From NCBI GenBank assembly GCA_015059045.1, contig SVBD01000001.1:66165-130164 (forward strand): DNA of 64,000 nt. The letters run 5' to 3'. Shown here piece after piece: positions 40,190-48,730 of this stretch. Position 1 is the first letter of the stretch. Each line of letters starts with the position of its first letter. The notes below the pieces were generated by a model, which was not told the DNA's origin, did no database searches, and saw nothing but the letters and a program-made list of their open reading frames with translations. This DNA comes from Erysipelotrichaceae bacterium (GTDB lineage Bacteria; Bacillota_I; Bacilli_A; RFN20; CAG-449). Made by a program: the position numbers and the translations under genes.

Positions 40190-41716
40190 ATGCTACATCA
40201 TTTATTAGAAAAAATTAAAGAAGCAGTAATATCTGTTTTACCACTGTCACTAATAATTATAATATTTTCATTAACACCAATGTTCACTTTTGGTACAAAT
40301 GAAATATTAGTATTTTCAGCATCCACTATTTTACTTATTATTGGTATTTCATTATTTACTCTTGGAGCAGATGTTGCTATGCGTCCAATGGGGGAACAAA
40401 TTGGTTCTTCATTAATAAAAACTAAAAAAATATTCTTAATTTTATTTGTGTGTTTTGTACTTGGCTTATTAATTACTATCGCAGAACCAGATTTAAGCGT
40501 ATTAGCAAATCAAGTTAAAGAAGCAATTAATTCGACTTTATTAATTGTTACTATTGGTATTGGTGTTGGATTATTCCTAGTTCTAGCAGTTTGTAAAATT
40601 ATATTTAAGATTGAACTAACATCTTTATTAATGTTGTTCTATCTTGTTGTTTTCGGTCTTACTTCTATATTGATAGCAAATGGTAATAGTGCATTTTTAC
40701 CATTATCGTTTGATTCTGGTGGGGTAACCACTGGTCCAATTACTGTTCCATTTATAATGGCATTAGGTGTTGGTATTGCAATGACTATAGGTGGAAAAAA
40801 TGCATCTGAAAATAGTTTTGGTCTTATTGCGCTTTGTTCTGTAGGACCAATTTTAGCATTGCTATTACTTGGTTGTTTCTCAAAAGGAGATGTGAACTAC
40901 GCAATTCCTAATTATGAAATTACTGATAATTTCTTTAAAACTTTCTTTGAAGAAATTTTTGTTACGATGAAAGAAGTAAGTTTGGCATTAATTTTAATCG
41001 TTGCTTTCTTCTTAATCGTTAATTTTATTTATATTAAACTGCCAAAGAAAAAATTAATTCAAATTGGCATTGGAATTTTGTATACTTTCATCGGTTTAGT
41101 ATTATTTTTAACAGCTGTAAAAGTAGGTTATATGCCAGTTGGATTCCAAATTGGTAAAGAAATCGCTGAAAAAGGTGAACTAATTCTTGTTATTTTTGCC
41201 TTTATGATTGGTCTAGTTGTAGTTTTAGCGGAGCCAGCTATTCATGTATTAACAAAACAAGTAGAAGATTTAACAAATGGTAGTGTATCAAAACGTTCAT
41301 TATTAATTGCATTATCAGTTGGTGTTTCATTATCAGTTACATTATCAATAATTAGAATTATATTTGATTTTTCAATTTTATATTACTTAGTTCCTGGATA
41401 TTTATTATCAATTGCATTATCATTCTTTGTTCCAAAAATTTATACTGCAATTGCATTTGACTCTGGTGGAGTTGCATCTGGACCTTTAACTTCAAGTTTT
41501 ATTCTACCTTTTGCTATCGGTGCTTGTTTTGCATTGCAACCTGTAGATAAAATTTTGCTTGATGCTTTTGGTGTTGTTAGTATGGTTGCATTAACTCCAC
41601 TTATTTCAATTCAAGTTTTAGGCTTTAGATCAGTTCTTTCTAAGAAAGTTAAAAAACAAATTCGTATTCGTAAAATTAATGAAAGCGAAGACGATAAGAT
41701 TATTGAATTTAATTAG
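40190..41716 (+). CDS. Polytopic membrane protein with internal duplication (DUF1538-like permease, two repeats each containing FDSGGV(T/A)(T/S)GP)
   Basis: 508 aa with about 12 hydrophobic helices. Repeated motifs PLSFDSGGVTTGPITVPF and AIAFDSGGVASGPLTSSF. Followed by two PII-like genes. Confidence 0.65.
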   Translation: MLHHLLEKIKEAVISVLPLSLIIIIFSLTPMFTFGTNEILVFSASTILLIIGISLFTLGADVAMRPMGEQIGSSLIKTKKIFLILFVCFVLGLLITIAEPDLSVLANQVKEAINSTLLIVTIGIGVGLFLVLAVCKIIFKIELTSLLMLFYLVVFGLTSILIANGNSAFLPLSFDSGGVTTGPITVPFIMALGVGIAMTIGGKNASENSFGLIALCSVGPILALLLLGCFSKGDVNYAIPNYEITDNFFKTFFEEIFVTMKEVSLALILIVAFFLIVNFIYIKLPKKKLIQIGIGILYTFIGLVLFLTAVKVGYMPVGFQIGKEIAEKGELILVIFAFMIGLVVVLAEPAIHVLTKQVEDLTNGSVSKRSLLIALSVGVSLSVTLSIIRIIFDFSILYYLVPGYLLSIALSFFVPKIYTAIAFDSGGVASGPLTSSFILPFAIGACFALQPVDKILLDAFGVVSMVALTPLISIQVLGFRSVLSKKVKKQIRIRKINESEDDKIIEFN

Positions 41717-41727
41717 AGGTATTAATT

Positions 41728-42117
41728 ATGAAAGAAAGTAAGAAAAAGAATGGGAATTTAAAAGCACCTGAAAAATTAATGATTCTAGTTACAATTGTTG
41801 ATAGAAGAAAAACAGAATTTTATTTAGATGTTTTAACTGGATATGAGGTTAATTTACAAACTGTTGCTTATGGATATGGTACTGCTCCTGTTGAATTTGA
41901 TGTTTTAGGACTTGGTGGTGAAGGTAAAGCAGTTATCTTCAGCGTGATAAAAAAATCAAATGTTAAGTCTGCATTAGAAGCATTAGATGAAAAATTTAAA
42001 ACAATAAGACACGGGAAAGGAATTGCATATACTCTTCCAATAAATAGCATGATTGGAGTTTATATCTATCAGTTCTTATCAAATCAAAAGGACACATTAT
42101 TAGGGGAGGCAAATTAA
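41728..42117 (+). CDS. PII-like (GlnB-fold) small signalling protein 1
   Basis: Beta-alpha-beta ferredoxin-like pattern KLMILVTIVDRRKTEFYLDVLTGYEV...GYGTAP...GKAVIFSVI. 129 aa. 12-nt gap from the membrane gene. Confidence 0.6.
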   Translation: MKESKKKNGNLKAPEKLMILVTIVDRRKTEFYLDVLTGYEVNLQTVAYGYGTAPVEFDVLGLGGEGKAVIFSVIKKSNVKSALEALDEKFKTIRHGKGIAYTLPINSMIGVYIYQFLSNQKDTLLGEAN

Positions 42118-42118
42118 T

Positions 42119-42430
42119 ATGAAAAAACAATATGAAAATATATTTTGTATAGTTAATGAAGGATTCCAAGATGCGGTTATGGAAGCTGCTTGGGAAGAAG
42201 GGGCAACTGGTGGAACTATTTTAAGTGCTAGAGGAACTGGCTCGAAAAATGCAGAAAAGGACTTTGGAATTGTCATTCATGATGAAAAAGTAATTGTATT
42301 AATTATTGTTCCTAGTGCGATTAAAGAAAAAGTTATGCATGCAATTTACAAAAAATGTGGGTTAAATACTCCAGGTCAAGGCATTGCTTTTTCAATGCCA
42401 GTTAGCGATGTAGTTGGAATTAATAGTTAA
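42119..42430 (+). CDS. PII-like (GlnB-fold) small signalling protein 2
   Basis: IFCIVNEGFQDAVMEAAWEEGATGGTILSARGTG...GQGIAFSMPV resembles nitrogen-regulatory PII. Translationally coupled (ATG 1 nt after the upstream stop). Confidence 0.65.
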   Translation: MKKQYENIFCIVNEGFQDAVMEAAWEEGATGGTILSARGTGSKNAEKDFGIVIHDEKVIVLIIVPSAIKEKVMHAIYKKCGLNTPGQGIAFSMPVSDVVGINS

Positions 42431-42521
42431 AAATAATAAAATTTATTTAATTGAAAATTATTTTGTAGTAATTTATTAAACAATATGATAATATAAACAA
42501 GGTAAAGATGGAGGTGTACTT

Positions 42522-42674
42522 ATGCCACGCGATAATATTATTTATAAATGTACTGTTTGCGGTGAAGAAAATTATATTGGAACAAAAAATAAACGTAACC
42601 ACCCAGAAAGAATGGAAATTAAAAAATATTGCTCAAGATGCAATAAAATGACTGTACATAAAGAAAAGAAATAA
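42522..42674 (+). CDS. rpmG: 50S ribosomal protein L33 (zinc-ribbon type); absent from the ORF track because it is under 60 aa
   Basis: [53 protein letters not shown] aaagatggaggtg. Terminator follows. Confidence 0.9.
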   Translation: MPRDNIIYKCTVCGEENYIGTKNKRNHPERMEIKKYCSRCNKMTVHKEKK

Positions 42675-42693
42675 GAGCATTTGCTCTTTTTTT
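42674..42693 (+). terminator. Short terminator after rpmG
   Basis: agagc-attt-gctct followed by ttttttt. Confidence 0.5.
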
Positions 42694-42700
42694 ATTTATT

Positions 42701-43333
42701 ATGATTATTAAACAATTTAACTCATCAAAGTCATTTTCTTGCAATGTTTACGTTTGTTCCAAAAACAATATTAATTTTATTATCGATCCAGGTTTCTTTA
42801 GTGAAAAGATGAAATGCTATATTGATTCTATTGGTGGACTTGATTTTATCTTATTGACACATGGTCATTTTGATCATTTTTTAGGTGTTGATGAATTAAT
42901 TAATATTTATCCTAATTGTAAAGTTTACATCCATGAAGAGGAAATTGATTTATTATTTGACTCTAGAAAAAATGGTACGAAAATGTTTTTAAATCAAAAT
43001 TATCAACCTTCATTTGAAATTAATTCTATTCAATCTGGAAATTTAAATATTGATGGAATAGATTTAGAAGTAATCTACAATCCTGGACATACTAACGGAT
43101 CTTGTAGCTATTATTTTAAAGATGATAATGTCATATTTGTTGGTGACTTTATATTTAGCAATTCAATTGGAAGATGTGATTTACCAACAGGTAGTGTTAA
43201 GCAAATGAATCAATCATTAGAATCATTCAAATTAAAAGAATTCGATTTAGATTTAATAATTTATCCTGGTCATGATAATTTTATTAAATTAAGAAAATTG
43301 CTATTAATTAATCCTTATTTAAATAATTTTTAG
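42701..43333 (+). CDS. MBL-fold metallo-hydrolase (glyoxalase II-like)
   Basis: THGHFDHFLG (HxHxDH) motif and later His/Asp ligands. 210 aa. Confidence 0.75.
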   Translation: MIIKQFNSSKSFSCNVYVCSKNNINFIIDPGFFSEKMKCYIDSIGGLDFILLTHGHFDHFLGVDELINIYPNCKVYIHEEEIDLLFDSRKNGTKMFLNQNYQPSFEINSIQSGNLNIDGIDLEVIYNPGHTNGSCSYYFKDDNVIFVGDFIFSNSIGRCDLPTGSVKQMNQSLESFKLKEFDLDLIIYPGHDNFIKLRKLLLINPYLNNF

Positions 43334-43353
43334 ATTTTGAGTAATAATATCAT

Positions 43354-43752
43354 ATGATATTTATGAAAAAATCACTTGAAACTAGTTTAATTAGCGCATT
43401 TATATTTATTCTATTAAATGAAATATTATATTTTTTTAATTTTACAAATTTAACTTTTAACAATATATTTCATTTTCAAAAAGCATTTTATAATTATTTA
43501 ATACTTTTTGTATTAATATTTATAATGCTTTTTTTGTTATCATTTTGTTTATCCTTTATTCGGTTAAAAGACTGTAATACTTATTGGTTTTATATTATAA
43601 GTTGCTTTATCTTCATTATTTTATTAATTGTATTTTCAAGGACAAATCACCTAGAATTTACTTTTCAAAGCGCAATTTCTTTGTTTTTACTAGTAATTTT
43701 AACTAGTTATTTATTTTTTTATTCCATATTTTATGGAAATGGTGTAAAATAA
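43354..43752 (+). CDS. Small hydrophobic membrane protein (about 4 TM), unknown function
   Basis: Hydrophobicity pattern only. Weak RBS. Could be spurious in AT-rich DNA. Confidence 0.35.
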   Translation: MIFMKKSLETSLISAFIFILLNEILYFFNFTNLTFNNIFHFQKAFYNYLILFVLIFIMLFLLSFCLSFIRLKDCNTYWFYIISCFIFIILLIVFSRTNHLEFTFQSAISLFLLVILTSYLFFYSIFYGNGVK

Positions 43753-43776
43753 ACAAGGATTTTAGGAGGAACAAAC

Positions 43777-44334
43777 ATGATTAACATCACAGAATTAAGA
43801 CCTGGAAATACTTTTGAATATGAAGGAAATATCTTTACTTGCTTAGACATTGATTTGAACAAAACTGCAATGGCAAAAATGAAAGTTAAAGTTAAATCTA
43901 AAAATGTTAAAACTGGTTCAGTATTAGATTTATCTTTCATTGGTGGAGATAAAGTTGAATTATTACGTTTAGACAAAAAACAAATGCAATATCTTTACGA
44001 TGATGGCGTAGGTTTCGTTTTCATGGATATGGAAACATATGATCAAATTTCTATTGATAAAGCTAGATTAGAATGGGAAAGCAATTTCTTAGTACCTGAA
44101 GCAATGGTTACAATTACAATGTATGAAAGTGAAATTATTGGTATTGAATTACCAGCAAAAATGACTTTAAAAATCGTTGAATGTGAACCAGCTGTTAGAG
44201 GCGATACAGTTAACAAAGCTATGAAAGATGCTTACCTAGAAACTGGTTTAAAAGTTAGAGTTCCATTATTCGTTGAAAATGGAGAATCTATCATCGTTTA
44301 TACAAACGATGGCACTTATGATTCAAGAGCATAA
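43777..44334 (+). CDS. efp: Elongation factor P
   Basis: MINITELRPGNTFEYEGNIFTCLD. KOW-like N-domain and two OB domains. 185 aa. Confidence 0.95.
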   Translation: MINITELRPGNTFEYEGNIFTCLDIDLNKTAMAKMKVKVKSKNVKTGSVLDLSFIGGDKVELLRLDKKQMQYLYDDGVGFVFMDMETYDQISIDKARLEWESNFLVPEAMVTITMYESEIIGIELPAKMTLKIVECEPAVRGDTVNKAMKDAYLETGLKVRVPLFVENGESIIVYTNDGTYDSRA

Positions 44335-44350
44335 TTTAATTTAATAAAAT

Positions 44351-44376
44351 AGTCGATTTTAATCGACTTTTTTTTA
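44351..44376 (+). terminator. efp terminator
   Basis: agtcga-ttttaa-tcgact followed by tttttttt. Confidence 0.65.
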
Positions 44377-44426
44377 TATAAGTATTATCATAAACATAAA
44401 ATAAATAAAAATAGGAGGATATAATT

Positions 44427-46982
44427 ATGAAAGCAAAGAATTTGCTAGTATCTTTAAGCATATTAGGAGGTCTATTATACGTTACTTCTTGTGGTGAAGG
44501 TACAAACAATCCATCTTCTAATTTTACAATTAATGATATAGTTTTTGAAGATACTGTTGTTGAATATAATGGTGAAGTTCAAGACTTATTAATTAATAAT
44601 TTACCAGATGGATGGAAAGTTACTTATAAAGGAAATGGTAATAGCGCTCCAGGCGAATATTATATTACCGCAACAATTACAGATCCTAAAGGTAATAATA
44701 CACGTAAATCAGCAATTCTAACTATTGAAAAATGTAGTTCTGTTTTAACTGCTGAAACTGTTCAAGAAGCTTTTTGTGTAAATGGAGTAGGAGTCACACC
44801 AAGTTATACTCTAAACAACACTACTCAAAAAGTTGTAGTTGACAATTATTTTAAACCAGGTGTTTATACTGTAGAATTATATGCTGAAGAAAATGAATTC
44901 TACAAAGAAAGTAATCATGTTGTTGTAGAATTTACAATTAAAGAGGGTAATGAATTAGGTATTCTTTTCGAATCTAAAGAATTTGAAGTTGATGGAACAG
45001 AAAAAGTTATTACTGCATCTAACATTCCTGCTGGTTATTCTGTTGAATATAGAAATAATAAAGGAACTAAACAAGGAAAATACAATGCTAGTTGTGATGT
45101 ATTTAATGCTGATAATGAAAAAGTATTAACTTTAAATGCAATTTTAGAAATTGATAATCCAAAACATGAAGGATTTGAAGAATATTTAGATCAATTTTTC
45201 GTTGATTATTTAGGTAATGATTACATTGCGTGGAATATTTTTATGGCAAATCCAAGTTCTTTCGGATTTGAAAGAGATTTAACAGATAAAGCTAGTTGGT
45301 ATACTTATACAGCTGATTTATTTGCTGGAGACTATCTAAAAGATTCGTATGAAGGTATGTTAGAATCAAAAGGATACTTAGATGAGTTTAATAAAGATGA
45401 ATTATCATATGAACAACAAATTTCATATGTTGCAATTGAAAAATTAATCGATTCTTATTTGGAAGAATACAATCCAGATAATAATTTTAATCCGTATATG
45501 GAATTATTATATATCGATTCATATGGAGGATATGCTGCAAACTTTACAACATATATGGAATCATATGAATTTAGAACTAAGCAAGATATTGAGGATGTTA
45601 TTTCTTTAATTGAAAGCCTTCCAGAAGCTTTTGCTTCATATATCATCTATGCTGAAGAAAAAACTGAAGCAGGATTCCCATACAGTGATTATACTCTTAA
45701 TGAAATGATTTCTTATATTGATGGTGTTGTAAGTGATGAAAATTACTATTTACCTGACTTTATGGAAAATAGAATTAATATGGTATCTTACTTAACTCTT
45801 GATGAAAAACAAGCTTATATTTCACGTATCAATGATGCAATCGAAAATGAATTTATGAGCGCTCATAATAAACTAAAAGAAGATTTAAATAAATTCATAG
45901 GTACTTGTAGTGAAGATAAAGCTGGATATTTACAAGATTATGAAAAAGGTAAAGAATACTATGTACATCAATTATCTTCATTATTAGGTTACAGTGATTT
46001 CGATCCAGAAGCATATGGTGCATACTTAGAAGAAAATTTAAATAAATATTCACGTAAAGTAAATGATATTGTAAAACAATATCAAGATTTAAATAGTACT
46101 GATTCAAAAGCTTATAATCGTTTTATAGCATATGTTGAAGGCGAATCAATGGTTGGAATTCAAGATCCTAATAAAATGATTGCTTACTTAAAAGAATTTG
46201 CTAAAACAATCGTTCCTGAATTAAAATCAGAACCAACTATTAATATTAAATATATGGATGAATCAGTTGCTGAATTCTCAAGCGCTGTTGCTTATTATAT
46301 GAAATCACCATTAGATAGTGATTTAATGGAAAATATTACATTAAATGGTGTCACATTAGGTCAAGATTATAACTCCGCTTTATCAACAATGGCACATGAA
46401 GGGTATCCAGGTCACTTATATGCTTATGTATTCTCAAAAGAATTAGATATTTCTAATGTTGCAAAAGTTATGACTAGCACAGCTCACGCTGAAGGTTGGA
46501 CAACATATGTTGAATCTCAATTATGGGAATATATTAAAACTCATAATGCTGCTACAAATGCTGGAGAGCAAAAAGCAATTGAAATCGCTTGTGATTACTT
46601 CAAATATCAAGACTTATTAGTCTATACATTATACTCATTAGCAGATTTTAATATCCACTATAATAATTATGGTGTAAGTGATTTATCTAAGTTATTGATG
46701 AAAGCTGGATTAAATCAAAGTGCAGCTCAAAATGTATATGATTCTTTAATTGAATCACCAACTACATATGCTTCATATGGTTTTGGTAGATTACATTTCC
46801 TAGAATTACACGAAGAAGCTCAAGAAAAACTTGGTACAATTTACAATGAAATAGAATTTAATGCTTTAATTTTATCTCATGGATGGTGTTCATATGATGA
46901 ATTAGATGCATTAGTTGAAGAATATATTGAAGAGCAATTATTCTTATACAATCCAACAGCTATTCTTGAAGGAACAAATTAA
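44427..46982 (+). CDS. Large lipoprotein: N-terminal Ig-like repeats plus DUF885-like domain with HE..PGH metal-binding-like motif
   Basis: Signal peptide with lipobox LYVTSCGEG. Repeats around KGNGNSAPGEYYITATITDPKGN and KGTKQGKYNASCDVFNADNEK. MAHEGYPGHLYAY and EGWTTYVESQ resemble DUF885 conserved motifs. 851 aa. Confidence 0.55.
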   Translation: MKAKNLLVSLSILGGLLYVTSCGEGTNNPSSNFTINDIVFEDTVVEYNGEVQDLLINNLPDGWKVTYKGNGNSAPGEYYITATITDPKGNNTRKSAILTIEKCSSVLTAETVQEAFCVNGVGVTPSYTLNNTTQKVVVDNYFKPGVYTVELYAEENEFYKESNHVVVEFTIKEGNELGILFESKEFEVDGTEKVITASNIPAGYSVEYRNNKGTKQGKYNASCDVFNADNEKVLTLNAILEIDNPKHEGFEEYLDQFFVDYLGNDYIAWNIFMANPSSFGFERDLTDKASWYTYTADLFAGDYLKDSYEGMLESKGYLDEFNKDELSYEQQISYVAIEKLIDSYLEEYNPDNNFNPYMELLYIDSYGGYAANFTTYMESYEFRTKQDIEDVISLIESLPEAFASYIIYAEEKTEAGFPYSDYTLNEMISYIDGVVSDENYYLPDFMENRINMVSYLTLDEKQAYISRINDAIENEFMSAHNKLKEDLNKFIGTCSEDKAGYLQDYEKGKEYYVHQLSSLLGYSDFDPEAYGAYLEENLNKYSRKVNDIVKQYQDLNSTDSKAYNRFIAYVEGESMVGIQDPNKMIAYLKEFAKTIVPELKSEPTINIKYMDESVAEFSSAVAYYMKSPLDSDLMENITLNGVTLGQDYNSALSTMAHEGYPGHLYAYVFSKELDISNVAKVMTSTAHAEGWTTYVESQLWEYIKTHNAATNAGEQKAIEIACDYFKYQDLLVYTLYSLADFNIHYNNYGVSDLSKLLMKAGLNQSAAQNVYDSLIESPTTYASYGFGRLHFLELHEEAQEKLGTIYNEIEFNALILSHGWCSYDELDALVEEYIEEQLFLYNPTAILEGTN

Positions 46983-47076
46983 TTTACTTCGACAAATTGC
47001 ACGATTCATAAGTGTTAACATTATTTTGGTTATATTTATCATATTAACTGAATATAACTTAAAAGGGAGATAGCTT

Positions 47077-47565
47077 ATGAATCGTCAATTAGTTGCATTT
47101 TTATCTTTATTTAGCCTAGTGCTAGTCCTATCGGTTTATTACGTAATGATGCCTTCTACAACAACGCAATTAAAGGAGAACGCACAAAATGTAAATCTAA
47201 ACGTTAAGGACGCTACAACGCTCTATTTTGAATCTTTAGATTTAGAAAGAGACAATGCTCATCAAGAATATATTGATGAAATGATTAAAGTATATGAAGG
47301 ATTAAATCAAGAATATACATTAGAAGAAGCATTCTATAATATCAATAATCGTAATAATATTATTGAAGAAGAAAAGAAAATTGAAGAATGTATTAAAAGT
47401 TTAGGGTTCACATCTTGCTATGCAGAAGTAGAAGGAGACGATTACATTAAAGTTATCGTTTATTCAACTACTAAATCTCTACTTGAAGTGGATCAAATAA
47501 TGTATCAAGTTCAATTATTATTAGAAAGAGAAGTGTCTACTTTTATCGTAGAATTTCAAGAGTAG
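47077..47565 (+). CDS. spoIIIAH: Stage III sporulation protein AH homolog, with no other spoIIIA genes nearby
   Basis: N-terminus LVAFLSLFSLVLVLSVYYVMMPST versus B. subtilis SpoIIIAH VWLLTMLSLVVVLSVYYIMSP. C-terminal LDLERDN...CIKSLGFTSCYAEVEGDDYIKVIVYS versus LDLEDAR...LIKTQGYEDALVNAEGDKINITVKS. Confidence 0.6.
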   Translation: MNRQLVAFLSLFSLVLVLSVYYVMMPSTTTQLKENAQNVNLNVKDATTLYFESLDLERDNAHQEYIDEMIKVYEGLNQEYTLEEAFYNINNRNNIIEEEKKIEECIKSLGFTSCYAEVEGDDYIKVIVYSTTKSLLEVDQIMYQVQLLLEREVSTFIVEFQE

Positions 47566-47626
47566 TAAAATTTAATTGAAATAATTGATTAATTCGTATA
47601 CTATAAATATGTTGAGGAGATCAATT

Positions 47627-47848
47627 ATGAATATCGAAATTTGGCAATTTATTTTATTTATTATCTTAGCTGTCATTGGTGGCTTAGTTGCAGGATTCTT
47701 TATCACTAGAAAAATCTTTACTAAACAATTAGAAAAGAATCCACCAATCAACGAAAAAATGATTAGAGCAATGTTTATGCAAATGGGTAGAAAACCATCT
47801 GAAGCTCAAATCAAAGCTGTAATGAAAAGCATGAACCAACATAGATAA
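47627..47848 (+). CDS. yneF: UPF0154 family small membrane protein YneF
   Basis: MNIEIWQFILFIILAVIGGLVAGFFITRKIF...NPPINEKMIRAMFMQMGRKPSEAQIKAVMKSM. Start set at the ATG 7 nt after RBS gaggaga. Confidence 0.8.
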   Translation: MNIEIWQFILFIILAVIGGLVAGFFITRKIFTKQLEKNPPINEKMIRAMFMQMGRKPSEAQIKAVMKSMNQHR

Positions 47849-47857
47849 TATAAAAAC

Positions 47858-47892
47858 ACGGGCTTGAAAATAAATCAAACCCGTTTTATTTT
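47858..47892. terminator. Bidirectional terminator (yneF + / plsY -)
   Basis: acgggcttga-aaataaa-tcaaacccgt followed by tttatttt. A-run on the other side. Confidence 0.7.
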
Positions 47893-47903
47893 AGACTATA
47901 TTT

Positions 47904-47956
47904 ACTAATATTCTACTAATTATCTACTAAAAGTAATAAATTAGTAGTTTTTTAGT
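47904..47956 (+). repeat. Phased pentamer array A: ACTAA x3 at 47904/47915/47926, then inverted TTAGT x2 at 47941/47952, all at exact 11-bp spacing, dyad centre 47935.5
   Basis: Seen directly. Ends 3 nt before the plsY stop codon (47959-47961). Confidence 0.8.
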
Positions 47957-47958
47957 TA

Positions 47959-48618
47959 TTACATCCATTTAATTTTTCTTTCTTCATGATTTATTAATCT
48001 TTTAATATTGCTTCTATGCATAATGATTAATAAGATACCTGATATAGCAATTGTTAATGTGTAGAAATAAGAATACGATGCATAATACATCCCAATTGGA
48101 AGATTTACTATTGTGAATACCAATGCAATAATAGGCAATATTAATGCACAAGAAATTGAAGATAGTGAAACGTATTTTTTAAGTTTCAATACTAAGAAGA
48201 AAATACATAATCCTATGATTGTTAATAACCAGTTTGTACAAAATATTATCGCGGCAAATGAACTAACTCCTTTTCCACCTTTAAATTGAGCAAAAATAGG
48301 AAAACAATGACCGATAACACAAAATATAGCAGAGAATTGGTAGGCATAATCTGTAACACCATAATTATTCAATGAGGTATATTTACAGATAAAATAAGCC
48401 GCTATAATTGGGATAATTGTTTTAATAATATCGATAATAATTACAATTAATCCTACTTTTTTTCCAAAAACTCTTCCGGCATTAGTACCTCCTGCATTTT
48501 TTGATCCGTACTCCCTTATGTCTTTTTTAAAAAATATTTTCCCTATAACAATAGATGTAGGAATTGAACCAAATAAGTATCCTATGAGTGAACATATTAA
48601 TAAAATAACAGCTTTCAT
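47959..48618 (-). CDS. plsY: Glycerol-3-phosphate acyltransferase PlsY
   Basis: YGSKNAGGTNAGRVFGKK motif. Multi-TM. 219 aa. Adjacent to parE-parC as in Bacillus. Confidence 0.92.
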   Translation of the reverse strand: MKAVILLICSLIGYLFGSIPTSIVIGKIFFKKDIREYGSKNAGGTNAGRVFGKKVGLIVIIIDIIKTIIPIIAAYFICKYTSLNNYGVTDYAYQFSAIFCVIGHCFPIFAQFKGGKGVSSFAAIIFCTNWLLTIIGLCIFFLVLKLKKYVSLSSISCALILPIIALVFTIVNLPIGMYYASYSYFYTLTIAISGILLIIMHRSNIKRLINHEERKIKWM

Positions 48619-48730
48619 TTCAAATAACTCCTATTCAATATCATATAGTATAAATTATCTTAATTTATATTTATAGATTTATTTTAATTTTTTTGATATA
48701 ATTTTATTTTGAGTGGATAGGAGTGTAATT

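Noticed and set aside
41868-42050. Antisense ORF inside the first PII-like gene
   Set aside because: Small, no RBS, low-complexity. Spurious.
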